From assembly GCA_047602425.1 (NCBI GenBank), contig JASGHG010000001.1:960001-1024000 (forward strand): DNA of 64,000 nucleotides. The letters are read 5' to 3'. A program made the position numbers and the translations under genes. Shown here one piece after another: positions 31,414 through 40,752 of the stretch. Positions within the stretch are counted from its first letter, which is position 1. Every line of letters begins with the position of its first letter. Below the pieces are notes generated by a model that did no database searches, was not told the origin of the DNA, and was given only the letters and a program-made list of their open reading frames with translations. The DNA is from Nibricoccus sp. GTDB taxonomy: Bacteria; Verrucomicrobiota; Verrucomicrobiia; Opitutales; Opitutaceae.

Positions 31414-31603
31414 CCGAACTGGTACCTTCGCCTCAAACGTTTGTTCCTGCGTAACTTCACCGGTCCCTCAAATCGGTTAATTAAGGCCTAGCGTGTTATA
31501 ACGTAGGACGTGTTAGGCCAAGCTTCAGAGCCCAAACGACTGGTTCGAACAACCTTCAACAAACGATGATTTCCTCACTTCAATCAAAAGGCACCCGTAT
31601 CGG

Positions 31604-32218
31604 TCATTCAGCGAGCGCGTTAAGCCGTTCTACGAGTTCGAAAACGTTGGTCGAAGGGTTGTGAGCTTCAGCATTCCACGCTGGATAACGCGTGAGCAAT
31701 TTGCGCGCATTCTTAATTGCCGTCCGCTGACGCTCCTTCAACAATTCATACATCCCGTCGAAGTTCTTGCGATATGTCTGACCCATTACGCTTGTCAGTC
31801 TTTCTGCATATGTCTGACGGGAGATGCCGGCATCATGAAAATTGAAGTGAAGGAGATACCACAATTCGAACGCTTCATTCGAAACCGCAGTCCTAATCTT
31901 CTCGTTGCGCGCAACCTGCAAAGCCCGATTAAAATTGTGTGCGTCAAACGAATCCCGATCAAAAACGCACCATACCTCATTGAATGGTTTGTCAGCGTCG
32001 GTAGCGCGATTTCGCATTTCTACGGCCGCTTCCACCAAGCGATCTGTATTGTATCCTAGGCCCTCGACACGCAGGTCCACAACGTCCGCACAAGGGAACA
32101 CTCGAAAGTAGTTCGGCTCTGTTTTTGCGCCCTCGCAAACTACGAGAACGCGAGTTCGCGGAGCTAGGCGAGCGCTACGTCGAAATGCCGACCCTGATTT
32201 TTCCCATGGCTTAGACAT
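31604..32218 (-). CDS. RloB-family (TOPRIM-like, AbiLii-like) protein
   Basis: VVCEGAKTEPNYF, WCVFDRD, SNEAFELWYLLHF, NPST.V..LVE.L. Confidence 0.9.
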   Translation of the reverse strand: MSKPWEKSGSAFRRSARLAPRTRVLVVCEGAKTEPNYFRVFPCADVVDLRVEGLGYNTDRLVEAAVEMRNRATDADKPFNEVWCVFDRDSFDAHNFNRALQVARNEKIRTAVSNEAFELWYLLHFNFHDAGISRQTYAERLTSVMGQTYRKNFDGMYELLKERQRTAIKNARKLLTRYPAWNAEAHNPSTNVFELVERLNALAE

Positions 32219-33483
32219 CAGGCAAGAGATCGCGATCCGTTACCATGAATTCACCAATGAACGGCACTGCGCCAAACTTACCCAGGAGATAGTCTTTAGA
32301 AAATGAAGCATCCTTCCGGATGCGTTCACCGTCAGAACGATAATCTGACAGCGAATAGAGATGCGTTGCTTCCGCACGGTCTTTTTCGGTGAACCAAATT
32401 TGGTCGCGACGGAAAAATTTGTTCGAAAGGAGATTTACGTCGTGAGTCGCAAAGATCAGCTGAGCACCATTGGTGTTAGTTGGACCTTGGAAAAGGCTGA
32501 CCAAAAAGCGTGTCATGAGCGGATGCATCCGGCTGTCGAGTTCGTCAGCAACAACGATTCTTCCACGGGACAATCCATCAATGAAAGGTGCCAACAGTCC
32601 GACAAAACGGATTGTACCAGCTGATTCATCGTTCAGAAGATCAAACTCCACCTCACCGATGGGCTCCTGCTTTGCAGAATACTTGTAATGAATCGTCTTG
32701 ATAGTGCCGTCCGTAGGGCGGATAGGTGCCCCTGTAGCGGACAGCAGATCTTTATCCCGCTCTGGCATCTCAACTCGCAATCTTTTGATTGTAAGATCAG
32801 CAGCCCTGAGCATTTCCAAAGCACGAAGGTAAAACTCCTTTGTGCCCAAGCGTTGAGCCGTACGTCTTACGCTGTGGCGGTAAATCCGCGGCTCACGAGC
32901 TACGGTGATTCCTGCTACTGCGTCCAACGCGCGCGAAGCAACCTCGCTGTTGAATTGCGCGCAAACAGAAAGGAAAGACGCGTTTGGACGAGTGCGTTCC
33001 GCCAGTTCCTTTCCCTCTCGGAATCGCTCTGGGTTACAGTTAATTTCATCGCCTTCGCGCGTAAACAGCATCGCCTCACGAGACGATGTCGCCTCAAAAA
33101 GCCACTCTGCATGCACCCGCTTGCTTGAGACTTCCAATCCGTAGCGATATCGGGTGCCATTTTGGGCTACCTCGACCTCAAAAAATGAAGGTTTGTTTTC
33201 AGTTTCGTCGCAGAGTCGAAACGGAGTAACTTCAATCTCTGATTCGTGTTGCGCGCCAATTGCAGAAAAATAGGCAAAATCTGAGACAAACCCGAGGCCG
33301 AGCAGCATATTCGACTTACCGCTCCCGTTTGCACCGTAAAGCGCGATCCGAACGCAGGACAGTGTCTTCGTTGGAACTAAACGTGTTTGTGTCGCGATGC
33401 TCACTGTCCCCAGAAGCGCGCAAATCAAGTACCATACGATCCTTGATCGAGCGAAAGTTACCTATTTCGAATCGGAGGAGCAT
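32211..33483 (-). pseudogene. AAA_21 ATPase (RloA/AbiLi-like), frameshifted near 33349
   Basis: MLLRFEIGNFRSIKD from ATG 33483 is out of frame with YGANGSGKSN; later ESAGT, DELD..HP, QLIFATH, RRDQIWF.EK. May be a sequencing error. Confidence 0.8.
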
Positions 33484-33702
33484 GATGCGAACTGTTACTC
33501 AATGTTTAGTAATTTAACAGCCGAAATTCATAAATTCGTGATTATTTCTCGTAAAAACAGGTTTAAATCCGTTTCAAGAAGCCGAAACATAAGCCAAGGA
33601 ATCAAGTTCCATATGCAGTCCAAAAGATCCCAGTCGGTGACGTCACGGTCGCCAAGGACGTCATATCTGGACTGGTCGACTACCCGCGTGAATTCGACGG
33701 CA

Positions 33703-33736
33703 CCAAAAGCCGAAGCAATTTAGCTCCGGCTTTTGG
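33703..33736. terminator. hairpin after the 126-aa gene
   Basis: CCAAAAGCCG...CGGCTTTTGG. Confidence 0.55.
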
Positions 33737-33756
33737 TTTCTGAACTACGGACTGAC

Positions 33757-34137
33757 TCAGGCCGCTTTTACGAGGGCCGCGGGATCTTTGTCGGGCCGGA
33801 GGGACGGGCGCTTGCGCTCGGATTCGCGGGTGCCGCCCGCTTTTTCATACTCGTTGCTGTCGAGGCCGTACTGGGCGGCCACCGCCGCGAGCATGCGCTT
33901 CGAGAAAGCGCCGGCCTTGCGTTCGGCCACTTTCATCAGGTTGCGGGCCTCGTCGGCCTGCGAGAGCAGCGTGTTGTAGGCGTCCTGCCGGGCGCGGGCC
34001 TCCTCGATCGTCGTCTTGAAGGCCGCCAACGAGTTGCCGGCCCCGAGGTCGAGCGTGGGGTCGATCGACTCCATGCTAGCCGCGCGGGCCGCGGCGTTGA
34101 GGATCATCTTGGACGTGGTTTTTTCGATACGTGACAT
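33757..34137 (-). CDS. conserved hypothetical helical protein (126 aa)
   Basis: SIDPTLDLG, YNTLLS, YG.DS.EYEKAGG.R.SER; pattern recalled from a widespread uncharacterised family; GC3-rich codons. Confidence 0.8.
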   Translation of the reverse strand: MSRIEKTTSKMILNAAARAASMESIDPTLDLGAGNSLAAFKTTIEEARARQDAYNTLLSQADEARNLMKVAERKAGAFSKRMLAAVAAQYGLDSNEYEKAGGTRESERKRPSLRPDKDPAALVKAA

Positions 34138-34359
34138 GGTTTTATTTGGTTATTTTTCGATCCGCCGGCCGGCCGTGCTTGGCCAGTTCCCATCGAATCT
34201 TGTATGCGTCCATCTTAGCAGGGAGGGTGGGTCAAAAACTGTCCCACCCTCCAAAAAAATCGCGTTTTCGTCCGAAAAACCGCCCTTTTCTCGCAAGTCG
34301 CGAGCGCTGCGAGGAGTTAGACCTGAAAATAGTTTCGGCGACGGGAAAGCTGCAGTTAA

Positions 34360-34462
34360 GCCACAGAGCGCACCGAGCTCCGACACAGAGATCACAGAGT
34401 AAAAATTTTCCGGATCTTCAAAACTCCGTGTACTCTCGTATTCACTCCGTGAACTCTGTGGC
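34360..34462. repeat. CCACAGAG/CTCTGTGG iterated inverted repeat
   Basis: GCCACAGAG..CACCGAG..CACAGAG..CACAGAG versus CTCCGTG..CTCCGTG..CTCTGTGGC. Confidence 0.75.
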
Positions 34463-34517
34463 CCACTGCCGAATGCGGGCTCGGACTACGCCGTTCACTC
34501 TACCTAGAATCTTGAGG

Positions 34518-34832
34518 CACGATACCGAGAACCCACTTCACGGTGCCGCTAAGTCGCTTTTCAGAACCCTAAACCGACTTCACGATACCGGAAACTCACT
34601 TCGCAGTAGCGAGAAGTCGATGCGAGGTACCGAAAAGTCGATTCACGATACCCAAAAGTCACTTCACCGAACCCTGAACTCATTTTTCGGTACCGCAAAG
34701 TCACTTCATGGTACCAAAAACCTACTTCGAGGTACCGAGAAGTCGTTTCACCGCACCGCGAACTCACTTCAACGAACCTTGAACCGACTTCACGGTACCA
34801 AAAACTGGCTCTCAGGTTCTGAAAACCCGTTT
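34518..34832. repeat. degenerate 21-bp tandem array, about 15 units
   Basis: Consensus about CACGGTACCGAAAASTCACTT; units at 34518+21n with no indels. Confidence 0.9.
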
Positions 34833-35033
34833 CGCCAGTCCACGCCGGAAGACATTTCGGTCCGCACGATCTTATCTTGTTACTCGTCTGGATCCGGGAG
34901 GCAGAGTCACCGCATCGTCACCGTGGCGACAAGAAGGGGCGTAAAAAACGCTTTCCTTAACGGGCCGGAATCCCAACCGTTCAGAGGCGTCGTGATTTCT
35001 CAATGAATTCCGCGAGGACACGGCTTCACCATC

Positions 35034-35975
35034 ATGGCCCGGAACATCCGCAACTATTCTCTCCTGCTTCGCAGCTTGTTTTTCGCCGGGAGCCTTGTGC
35101 TGGCCGGTTGTACCTCGGTGAAAAAGGCCGCGGTCAATCAGGTCGCCGACGCGCTGGCCAGTGGGGGCACGACGTTCGCCGCGGACGACGATCCGGAGCT
35201 CGTCAAACAGGCGGTGCCATTCAGCCTGAAATTGATGGAAAGCCTGCTGAGCGAAAATCCGCGCCATCAGAAACTGCTTTTGGCGACGTGCAGTGGTTTT
35301 ACCCAATACGCTTTTGCCTTCGTGCAGCAGGATGCCGACGAGCTCGAGGCCACCAACTATGCACAGGCCGAGGCGCTGCGGCGGCGCGCGAAAAAACTTT
35401 ATCGACGCGCCCGCGACTACGGTCTGCGCGGGCTCGAAGTGGCGCACGCCGGCTGGACCGCCCGACTCGCGGCCGATCCACGCACCACCTTGAAAGCCGC
35501 CACCAAGGCGGACGTGCCCCTGCTCTACTGGACGGCCGCGGCCTGGGGCTCGTACATCTCGGCTAGCAAAGACGAACCATCCGCCATCGGCGAAATGGTT
35601 CAAGTCGAGGCGTTGATCGATCGCGCGCTCGAACTCGACGAGGCCTGGGGCGACGGCACGTTGCACAGCATGCTCATCACCCTCGAAATGAGCCGCACGG
35701 GCGCGGCGGGCAAACCGGAGGATCGTGCGCGCGCACATTTCGACCGGGCGGTCGCGCTGGCCGGCGGTGCGCAGGCCGGACCTTGGGTGACGTTTGCCGA
35801 GTCGGTTTGCGTCGAAACGCACAACGCCGAGGAATTCCAGCGCTTGCTCGAACAAGCGCTCAAGGTCGATGTCGATCAAAAGCCTGAATACCGGTTGGCC
35901 AATCTCGTGCTGCAACGTCGCGCACGCTGGTTGCTAAATCGCAAAGACGATCTCTTTTTCTCACCTCAAAAATGA
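35034..35975 (+). CDS. TRAP-T transporter TatT lipoprotein
   Basis: Lipobox LAGC; DDPELV..A.PF.LKL.E, YA.AFV; upstream of dctP. Confidence 0.85.
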   Translation: MARNIRNYSLLLRSLFFAGSLVLAGCTSVKKAAVNQVADALASGGTTFAADDDPELVKQAVPFSLKLMESLLSENPRHQKLLLATCSGFTQYAFAFVQQDADELEATNYAQAEALRRRAKKLYRRARDYGLRGLEVAHAGWTARLAADPRTTLKAATKADVPLLYWTAAAWGSYISASKDEPSAIGEMVQVEALIDRALELDEAWGDGTLHSMLITLEMSRTGAAGKPEDRARAHFDRAVALAGGAQAGPWVTFAESVCVETHNAEEFQRLLEQALKVDVDQKPEYRLANLVLQRRARWLLNRKDDLFFSPQK

Positions 35976-37011
35976 ACGCTCCGCGCTCACTCTCTTTTCT
36001 GGTTCGCCCATTTCTCACACTCACGAGTGTCGTTCTTGCGCTGACTGCATTCTCGGCGCAGGCGGCACCGACCACGTTTAAACTCGGCACGCTCGTGCCG
36101 GTCGGGACGTCCTACCACAAAACGCTGATGGCGCTCGGCGAAACCTGGAGTCGCGAATCAAGCGGCGCCGTTTCCCTGCGCGTTTATGCGGGCGGAAAGT
36201 CCGGCGGCGAGGCGGAGATGGTCGCGCTAATGATGGCGAACAATCTTCAAGCGGCATTGCTCACCGCGGTCGGGCTGGCCGAGATCGATCGCAGTGTCAC
36301 GAGCCTGCAATATATCCCGATGGGGTTTCACAGTCTCGACGAACTCGACTACGTTTCTACACGCCTTCAGGGCGATCTCGAGGAACGGCTGCGCAAGAAA
36401 GGCTTTATCGTTTTGTTTTGGACCGACGCGGGCTGGATCCGAATTTTTTCGAAGAAGCCCGTCTCTTTTCCGGACGACCTGCGTAAGCAAAAAGTATTTT
36501 CCTGGTCGGGCGAACCCGAGCAAAGAGCTGTCGTGACGCTCGCGGGTTTTCAACCCGTGCCGCTGGAGACGGACTCGACATCGTGCCTGGACTTCAGACC
36601 GGCCTCATCGAAGCGGTTTCGCTGCCACCGTTTTTCGCACTGGCGAGCCAGGTCGACACCCGCGCGTCATATATGCTGGACTTGAACTGGACGCCGATTG
36701 TCGGTGCCTGTGTGGTGTGGAAGGACGCTTGGGAAAAACTGTCTCCCGAGCAGCAAAAGACTTTCATGGAATCCGCTCGCAAGGCCGGTCAGGAGATCAA
36801 AGCCGCGGCGCGGCGCGAGAGCATCGAATCAGTGGCGGCCATGCAAAAGCGAGGCCTCAAAGTCACACCCGTGACACCCGAAATCGAAAAAGAATGGCTG
36901 AAAATGTCTGAATCGGTCTATCCCCAAATCCGCGGCAAGGTGGTGCCGGCCGAAATCTTTGACCGCACGATGTCGTTGCTTGAGGAATATCGGAGTAAGA
37001 ACGCAAAGTGA
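35972..37011 (+). pseudogene. dctP: TRAP substrate-binding protein DctP, frameshifted near 36570-36578
   Basis: KLGTLVP.GT, GGEAEM, PDDLR..K in one frame; IVPGLQTGLIEAV continues in another. May be a sequencing error. Confidence 0.8.
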
Positions 37012-37033
37012 GCGGAAACCGGCGCAGATAGTG

Positions 37034-37334
37034 GAACCACTTATTATCACTTAAGGGCACTGATGACGGAGAACTGGGACAATACAGCGTTTTGTTGTTT
37101 CACTTACGAAGTGAATAATCCGAGAAACCGCTAATTTTCGCTAATACACGCTAATTTCCAACCTTCCAAATACGAGCTGGTGGCGCCTTCGGCGCGACAA
37201 CTTACACTGCTTATTAAACTTCTTTCCCGATTTTAGCGAAAATTAGCGTTAATTAGCGGTTCGCAAAATTCCGGATTTTAATCAACTACATGACTCTTGT
37301 ATTATCAGCGAACACAAGTGACTATCAGTGGTTC
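37034..37334. repeat. two nested inverted-repeat elements
   Basis: Outer GAACCACT..CACTGAT / ATCAG..AGTGGTTC; inner AACCGCTAA..CGCTAA..CGCTAA / TTAGCG..TTAGCG..TTAGCGGTT (37126-37261). Confidence 0.7.
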
Positions 37335-37361
37335 AACTGTTTCCTTCGGTTCTAGAACAGA

Positions 37362-39239
37362 ATGATCGAAACAGCGCCAGTAAACATGGAGACAGGGACT
37401 GGTTCGGCGTCGCCAATTGTGCGGAAACCGATCCACACGGTGGAAGACCGGATTCTGGTTTCGTTGCTGGCGGTGATGATGCTGCTGCCGGTCGTCGAGA
37501 TTCTGCTGCGGTCGGTTTTCCGCAGCGGACTGCCTGCCTCGATTCCGCTCGTGCAACATTTGGTGCTCGCGGTCGCCATGCTGGGCGGCGCAGTCGCCGC
37601 TCGCGAGAATCGATTGCTGGCCTTGTCCGCCGCGAGCCGGAGCTTTCGCGGCCGGATTGAAACTTCAGCGAGGATCGTGGCCTACGCCTTCGGCGCAGCG
37701 GCGAGCGCGGTCTTGTGTGATGCGAGTTGGGAATTCGTCAGCTCGCAGCGCAACCTTGGGAAAGTGCTTATTCCGGGCGTCCCGATCTGGACCGTGCAAT
37801 CTCTGCTGATTGTCGGTTTCGGGCTGATCGCCATCCGACTCGTCCTTCGCTCCGGTAACGTCATCTGGCAGAAAGCGGCGACGCTGATGCTGGCAATTGG
37901 TTTAGTGGTGGCAGCCTGGGGACTGCCAGTCGCGCCCGAACAGCTGCGTTGGCCCGCGATGACGATCCTTTTCCTCGCGGTGATTCTCGGTGCGCCGATC
38001 TTCACGGCCTTGGGCGGTGCGGCAATGATTCTACTCTGGACGGCCGGCGAACCCATCACACCCGTGCCGTTGAAGATCTACCAGCTCACGGTCAATCCCA
38101 CGCTGCCGAGCATCCCTTTGTTTACGCTTGCCGGGTTTTTCCTCGCCGAGAGCAAGGCGGCTCATCGACTGGTGGCGTTGTTCCATGCGCTGTTTGGCGG
38201 CATGCGCGGTGGACCCGCGATCGTGACCGCGGTTGCCTGCGCGTTCTTTACCTCGTTCACCGGCGCGTCGGGCGCGACGATTCTCGCCTTGGGCGGCGTG
38301 CTCATGCCGGTGTTGCTCGCCGAAGGTTACTCGAAGCGAGCTTCGCTTGGTTTGCTTACGGGAGCTGGTTCGCTCGGCATGCTGTTTCCGCCCTGCCTGC
38401 CGCCCATCCTCTACGCCATCATCGCAAGCAGCAGCGGACAGGTCAGCGTGAGCGTGGATCAGATTTTCAAAGCCGGTCTTCTGCCGGGACTGCTGTTGGT
38501 CATCATCACCGCCTGGTGGGGCGTGCGAATCGCGCCCAAACAATCCGAGGAGAAAAAGACTTTCCACATCGACTGGCAGGACGTGCGGCGCGCCACCTGG
38601 GCGGCCAAGTGGGAATTGCTCGTGCCCGTGGTGGCGATTGTGGCGTTGTTCAGCGGTTATGCGACGCCGGTCGAAGCCGCCGCCACCACCGCGCTTTACG
38701 CGTTCGTCGTAGCGGTGTTGATTCACCGCGATCTTGATTTCTCACGCGATTTGCCGCGGGTCATGACCGAGTGCGGCCTGCTCATGGGCGGCGTGCTGCT
38801 TATCTTGGGGGTAGCCCTTGGTTTTACCCACTATCTGGTCGATGCAGAAATCCCGGATCGCGCCGTCGCGTGGGCCACCACAACGATTCATTCGAAATGG
38901 ATTTTCCTGGCAGCCCTCAACGTCGTGCTTCTTGTCGTCGGCGGGCTGATTGAAATCTACGCCGCGATTGTGGTGGTCGTTCCCCTGATCGTGCCGCTCG
39001 GGATCGCCTTCGGCGTCGATCCCGTCCATCTGGGAATCATCTTTCTGGCCAACATGGAACTCGGTTTTCTCGCTCCGCCTGTCGGTTTGAATCTCCTGCT
39101 CGCGTCCTATCGTTTCCGCCGTCCCATGGGCGAAGTGATCTGGGCGTCGCTGCCGATGCTCGCAGTTATGACGGCGGGCGTGCTGCTGATCACTTACCTT
39201 CCCTGGCTGACCACTTGGCTGCCCAGTGTGTGGCCGTGA
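37362..39239 (+). CDS. fused TRAP permease DctQM
   Basis: About 4-TM DctQ part, then IPLF.LAG, GSLG.L.PP, TPVEAAA, G.DPVHLG, PPVG.NL. Confidence 0.92.
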   Translation: MIETAPVNMETGTGSASPIVRKPIHTVEDRILVSLLAVMMLLPVVEILLRSVFRSGLPASIPLVQHLVLAVAMLGGAVAARENRLLALSAASRSFRGRIETSARIVAYAFGAAASAVLCDASWEFVSSQRNLGKVLIPGVPIWTVQSLLIVGFGLIAIRLVLRSGNVIWQKAATLMLAIGLVVAAWGLPVAPEQLRWPAMTILFLAVILGAPIFTALGGAAMILLWTAGEPITPVPLKIYQLTVNPTLPSIPLFTLAGFFLAESKAAHRLVALFHALFGGMRGGPAIVTAVACAFFTSFTGASGATILALGGVLMPVLLAEGYSKRASLGLLTGAGSLGMLFPPCLPPILYAIIASSSGQVSVSVDQIFKAGLLPGLLLVIITAWWGVRIAPKQSEEKKTFHIDWQDVRRATWAAKWELLVPVVAIVALFSGYATPVEAAATTALYAFVVAVLIHRDLDFSRDLPRVMTECGLLMGGVLLILGVALGFTHYLVDAEIPDRAVAWATTTIHSKWIFLAALNVVLLVVGGLIEIYAAIVVVVPLIVPLGIAFGVDPVHLGIIFLANMELGFLAPPVGLNLLLASYRFRRPMGEVIWASLPMLAVMTAGVLLITYLPWLTTWLPSVWP

Positions 39240-39248
39240 GATCGGCAT

Positions 39249-39275
39249 AAAAAACCGGAGCACGTTGGCTCCGGT
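39249..39275 (-). terminator. rho-independent terminator
   Basis: ACCGGAGC-loop-GCTCCGGT plus T-run on the minus strand. Confidence 0.65.
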
Positions 39276-39300
39276 CGATGGTTATAAATGGCGAGCCTAT

Positions 39301-40167
39301 TCAGGCAGCTTTGCTCAACCAGACCGGCGCGATTTCCCGCGCGAAATGTTCCAGGCGACGCGGAGCGTGACCGAGTAACTTCGTCAATTTCTCAACCTCG
39401 CCGGTGTCGGCGACAAGGCCGTGCGTTTGAAACCAGCCATACATCATCCGTAGATCGTAGGCCAGCCAGTCGGGCAGCCAGGCGCGCGCACCCGTTTCCC
39501 AAGCGTCAAGATCATCGCCGCCGTAAACGACTTTGCGTCCAAGCGCACGCGTCCAGATTTCCGCGCATTTCTCACCGGTCAAAACTTCCGGCCCGGTGAG
39601 TTCGTAGATTTTTCGCTCATGCCCGGATTCAGTCAAAGCCTTGGCCGCGACTTCCGCGATGTCGCGGACATCGACGCGCGACAGACCTGCCGAACCGATA
39701 GGTTGAGGATAAACGCCCTGCAGGATCGCATCCTTGAACCAATGGTCGTTCTGAAAGAAGTTATTCGGCCGCACGATCGTATATTCGACGTCCGACGCCT
39801 GCAGGGCCGATTCGACCGGCCGCTTCGAGCCAAAATGAGGGAAGTGCGGTGCACGATCAAGATGATGAACCGTCATGTAGGCAAACCTCCGCACCCCGGC
39901 CTGTTGAGCGCCCATGACACCCATGAGGCCTTCGTGCGTTTCGCTTGTACCTAGCGCATTGAGCATAAAAACGCCGTCCATGCCGCGAAAGACACTGCGC
40001 ACGGTTTGGGGATCGAGCAAGTTTCCCTGTATGGCGGCGACGCCGGCGGGCAGTCGGGCTTTTCCCGGATCGCGGGTCAACACGCGCACCGTCGCGCCAC
40101 GATTGACGAGTTCGCTGACGACGCAGGAGCCCACGGTTCCGGTTCCTCCAATAACGAGTATATTCAT
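39301..40167 (-). CDS. NmrA/atypical SDR NAD(P)-binding protein
   Basis: MNILVIGGTGTVGS, PHFGSK, RPNNFFQN, VDVRDIA. Confidence 0.9.
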   Translation of the reverse strand: MNILVIGGTGTVGSCVVSELVNRGATVRVLTRDPGKARLPAGVAAIQGNLLDPQTVRSVFRGMDGVFMLNALGTSETHEGLMGVMGAQQAGVRRFAYMTVHHLDRAPHFPHFGSKRPVESALQASDVEYTIVRPNNFFQNDHWFKDAILQGVYPQPIGSAGLSRVDVRDIAEVAAKALTESGHERKIYELTGPEVLTGEKCAEIWTRALGRKVVYGGDDLDAWETGARAWLPDWLAYDLRMMYGWFQTHGLVADTGEVEKLTKLLGHAPRRLEHFAREIAPVWLSKAA

Positions 40168-40208
40168 AACGTTTTTTATTTTGGTTCTTATATTTGGTTT
40201 TATAAAAA

Positions 40209-40673
40209 TCAGTTGGCTTGCACGACCAGTGAATGCAGGTAGGCCGTCACGGCCTCGGCATCCTGCTGGTTCATGCGGTAAGGCGGCATGGGCGGAAGCG
40301 GCGGTGGCAGGTTGTTGGGACGTTCGCCCGTCATGAGAAAGTGAATCATTTGACTCTCGGAATATCCGGCGGGAAGACCAGCGATGCGTGGCGTCACCGT
40401 GGCCCATGGCATCGGCACCGTCGGCCCGAATGCCAGCGGCGCGCCCGTCAATTGCCGGGCTTCGATCAGTTCGCCTTTTTCGGTGCGGGGCGAGTGACAG
40501 TCTATACAGAGACCCACGCCGTGCACAATATAGCGGCCGCGTTCGATCTTGGCCGACGTGTCGGCGAGAGTTTGTGATTTTGCAGAGGAAGAGCTGCTCA
40601 GTGAAGAAAGGAGCCCGACGATCAAGGCGACGACAACGCCGCCGGTGAGGAACGTAACTAGAATCTTTTTCAT
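40209..40673 (-). CDS. exported monoheme cytochrome c
   Basis: Signal anchor; ERGRYIV..CIDCHSPR; PPMP distal Met. Confidence 0.88.
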   Translation of the reverse strand: MKKILVTFLTGGVVVALIVGLLSSLSSSSSAKSQTLADTSAKIERGRYIVHGVGLCIDCHSPRTEKGELIEARQLTGAPLAFGPTVPMPWATVTPRIAGLPAGYSESQMIHFLMTGERPNNLPPPLPPMPPYRMNQQDAEAVTAYLHSLVVQAN

Positions 40674-40737
40674 AGTGATGCGCCGCCATCCTACCGCCGT
40701 GTTATCCAACCGGCTAATACCTACTTTTTATGCTCGT

Positions 40738-40752
40738 ATAACTTAAAGTTAT
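40738..40752. promoter_or_regulatory. LysR-type box ATAAC-N5-GTTAT
   Basis: T-N11-A palindrome overlapping the lysR ATG in the divergent gap. Confidence 0.65.

Noticed and set aside
31485..31519. Integron attC site (GCCTAAC..GCTAGGC on minus) after rloB
   Set aside because: Only 35 bp, shorter than known attC sites; no L boxes or integrase seen.
34518..34832. CRISPR array
   Set aside because: Units are contiguous and degenerate, with no constant repeat/unique spacer alternation and no cas genes.
39301..40689. 462-aa ORF as an extended NmrA protein
   Set aside because: The extension overlaps the real cytochrome c gene in another frame; the Rossmann start is at 40167.
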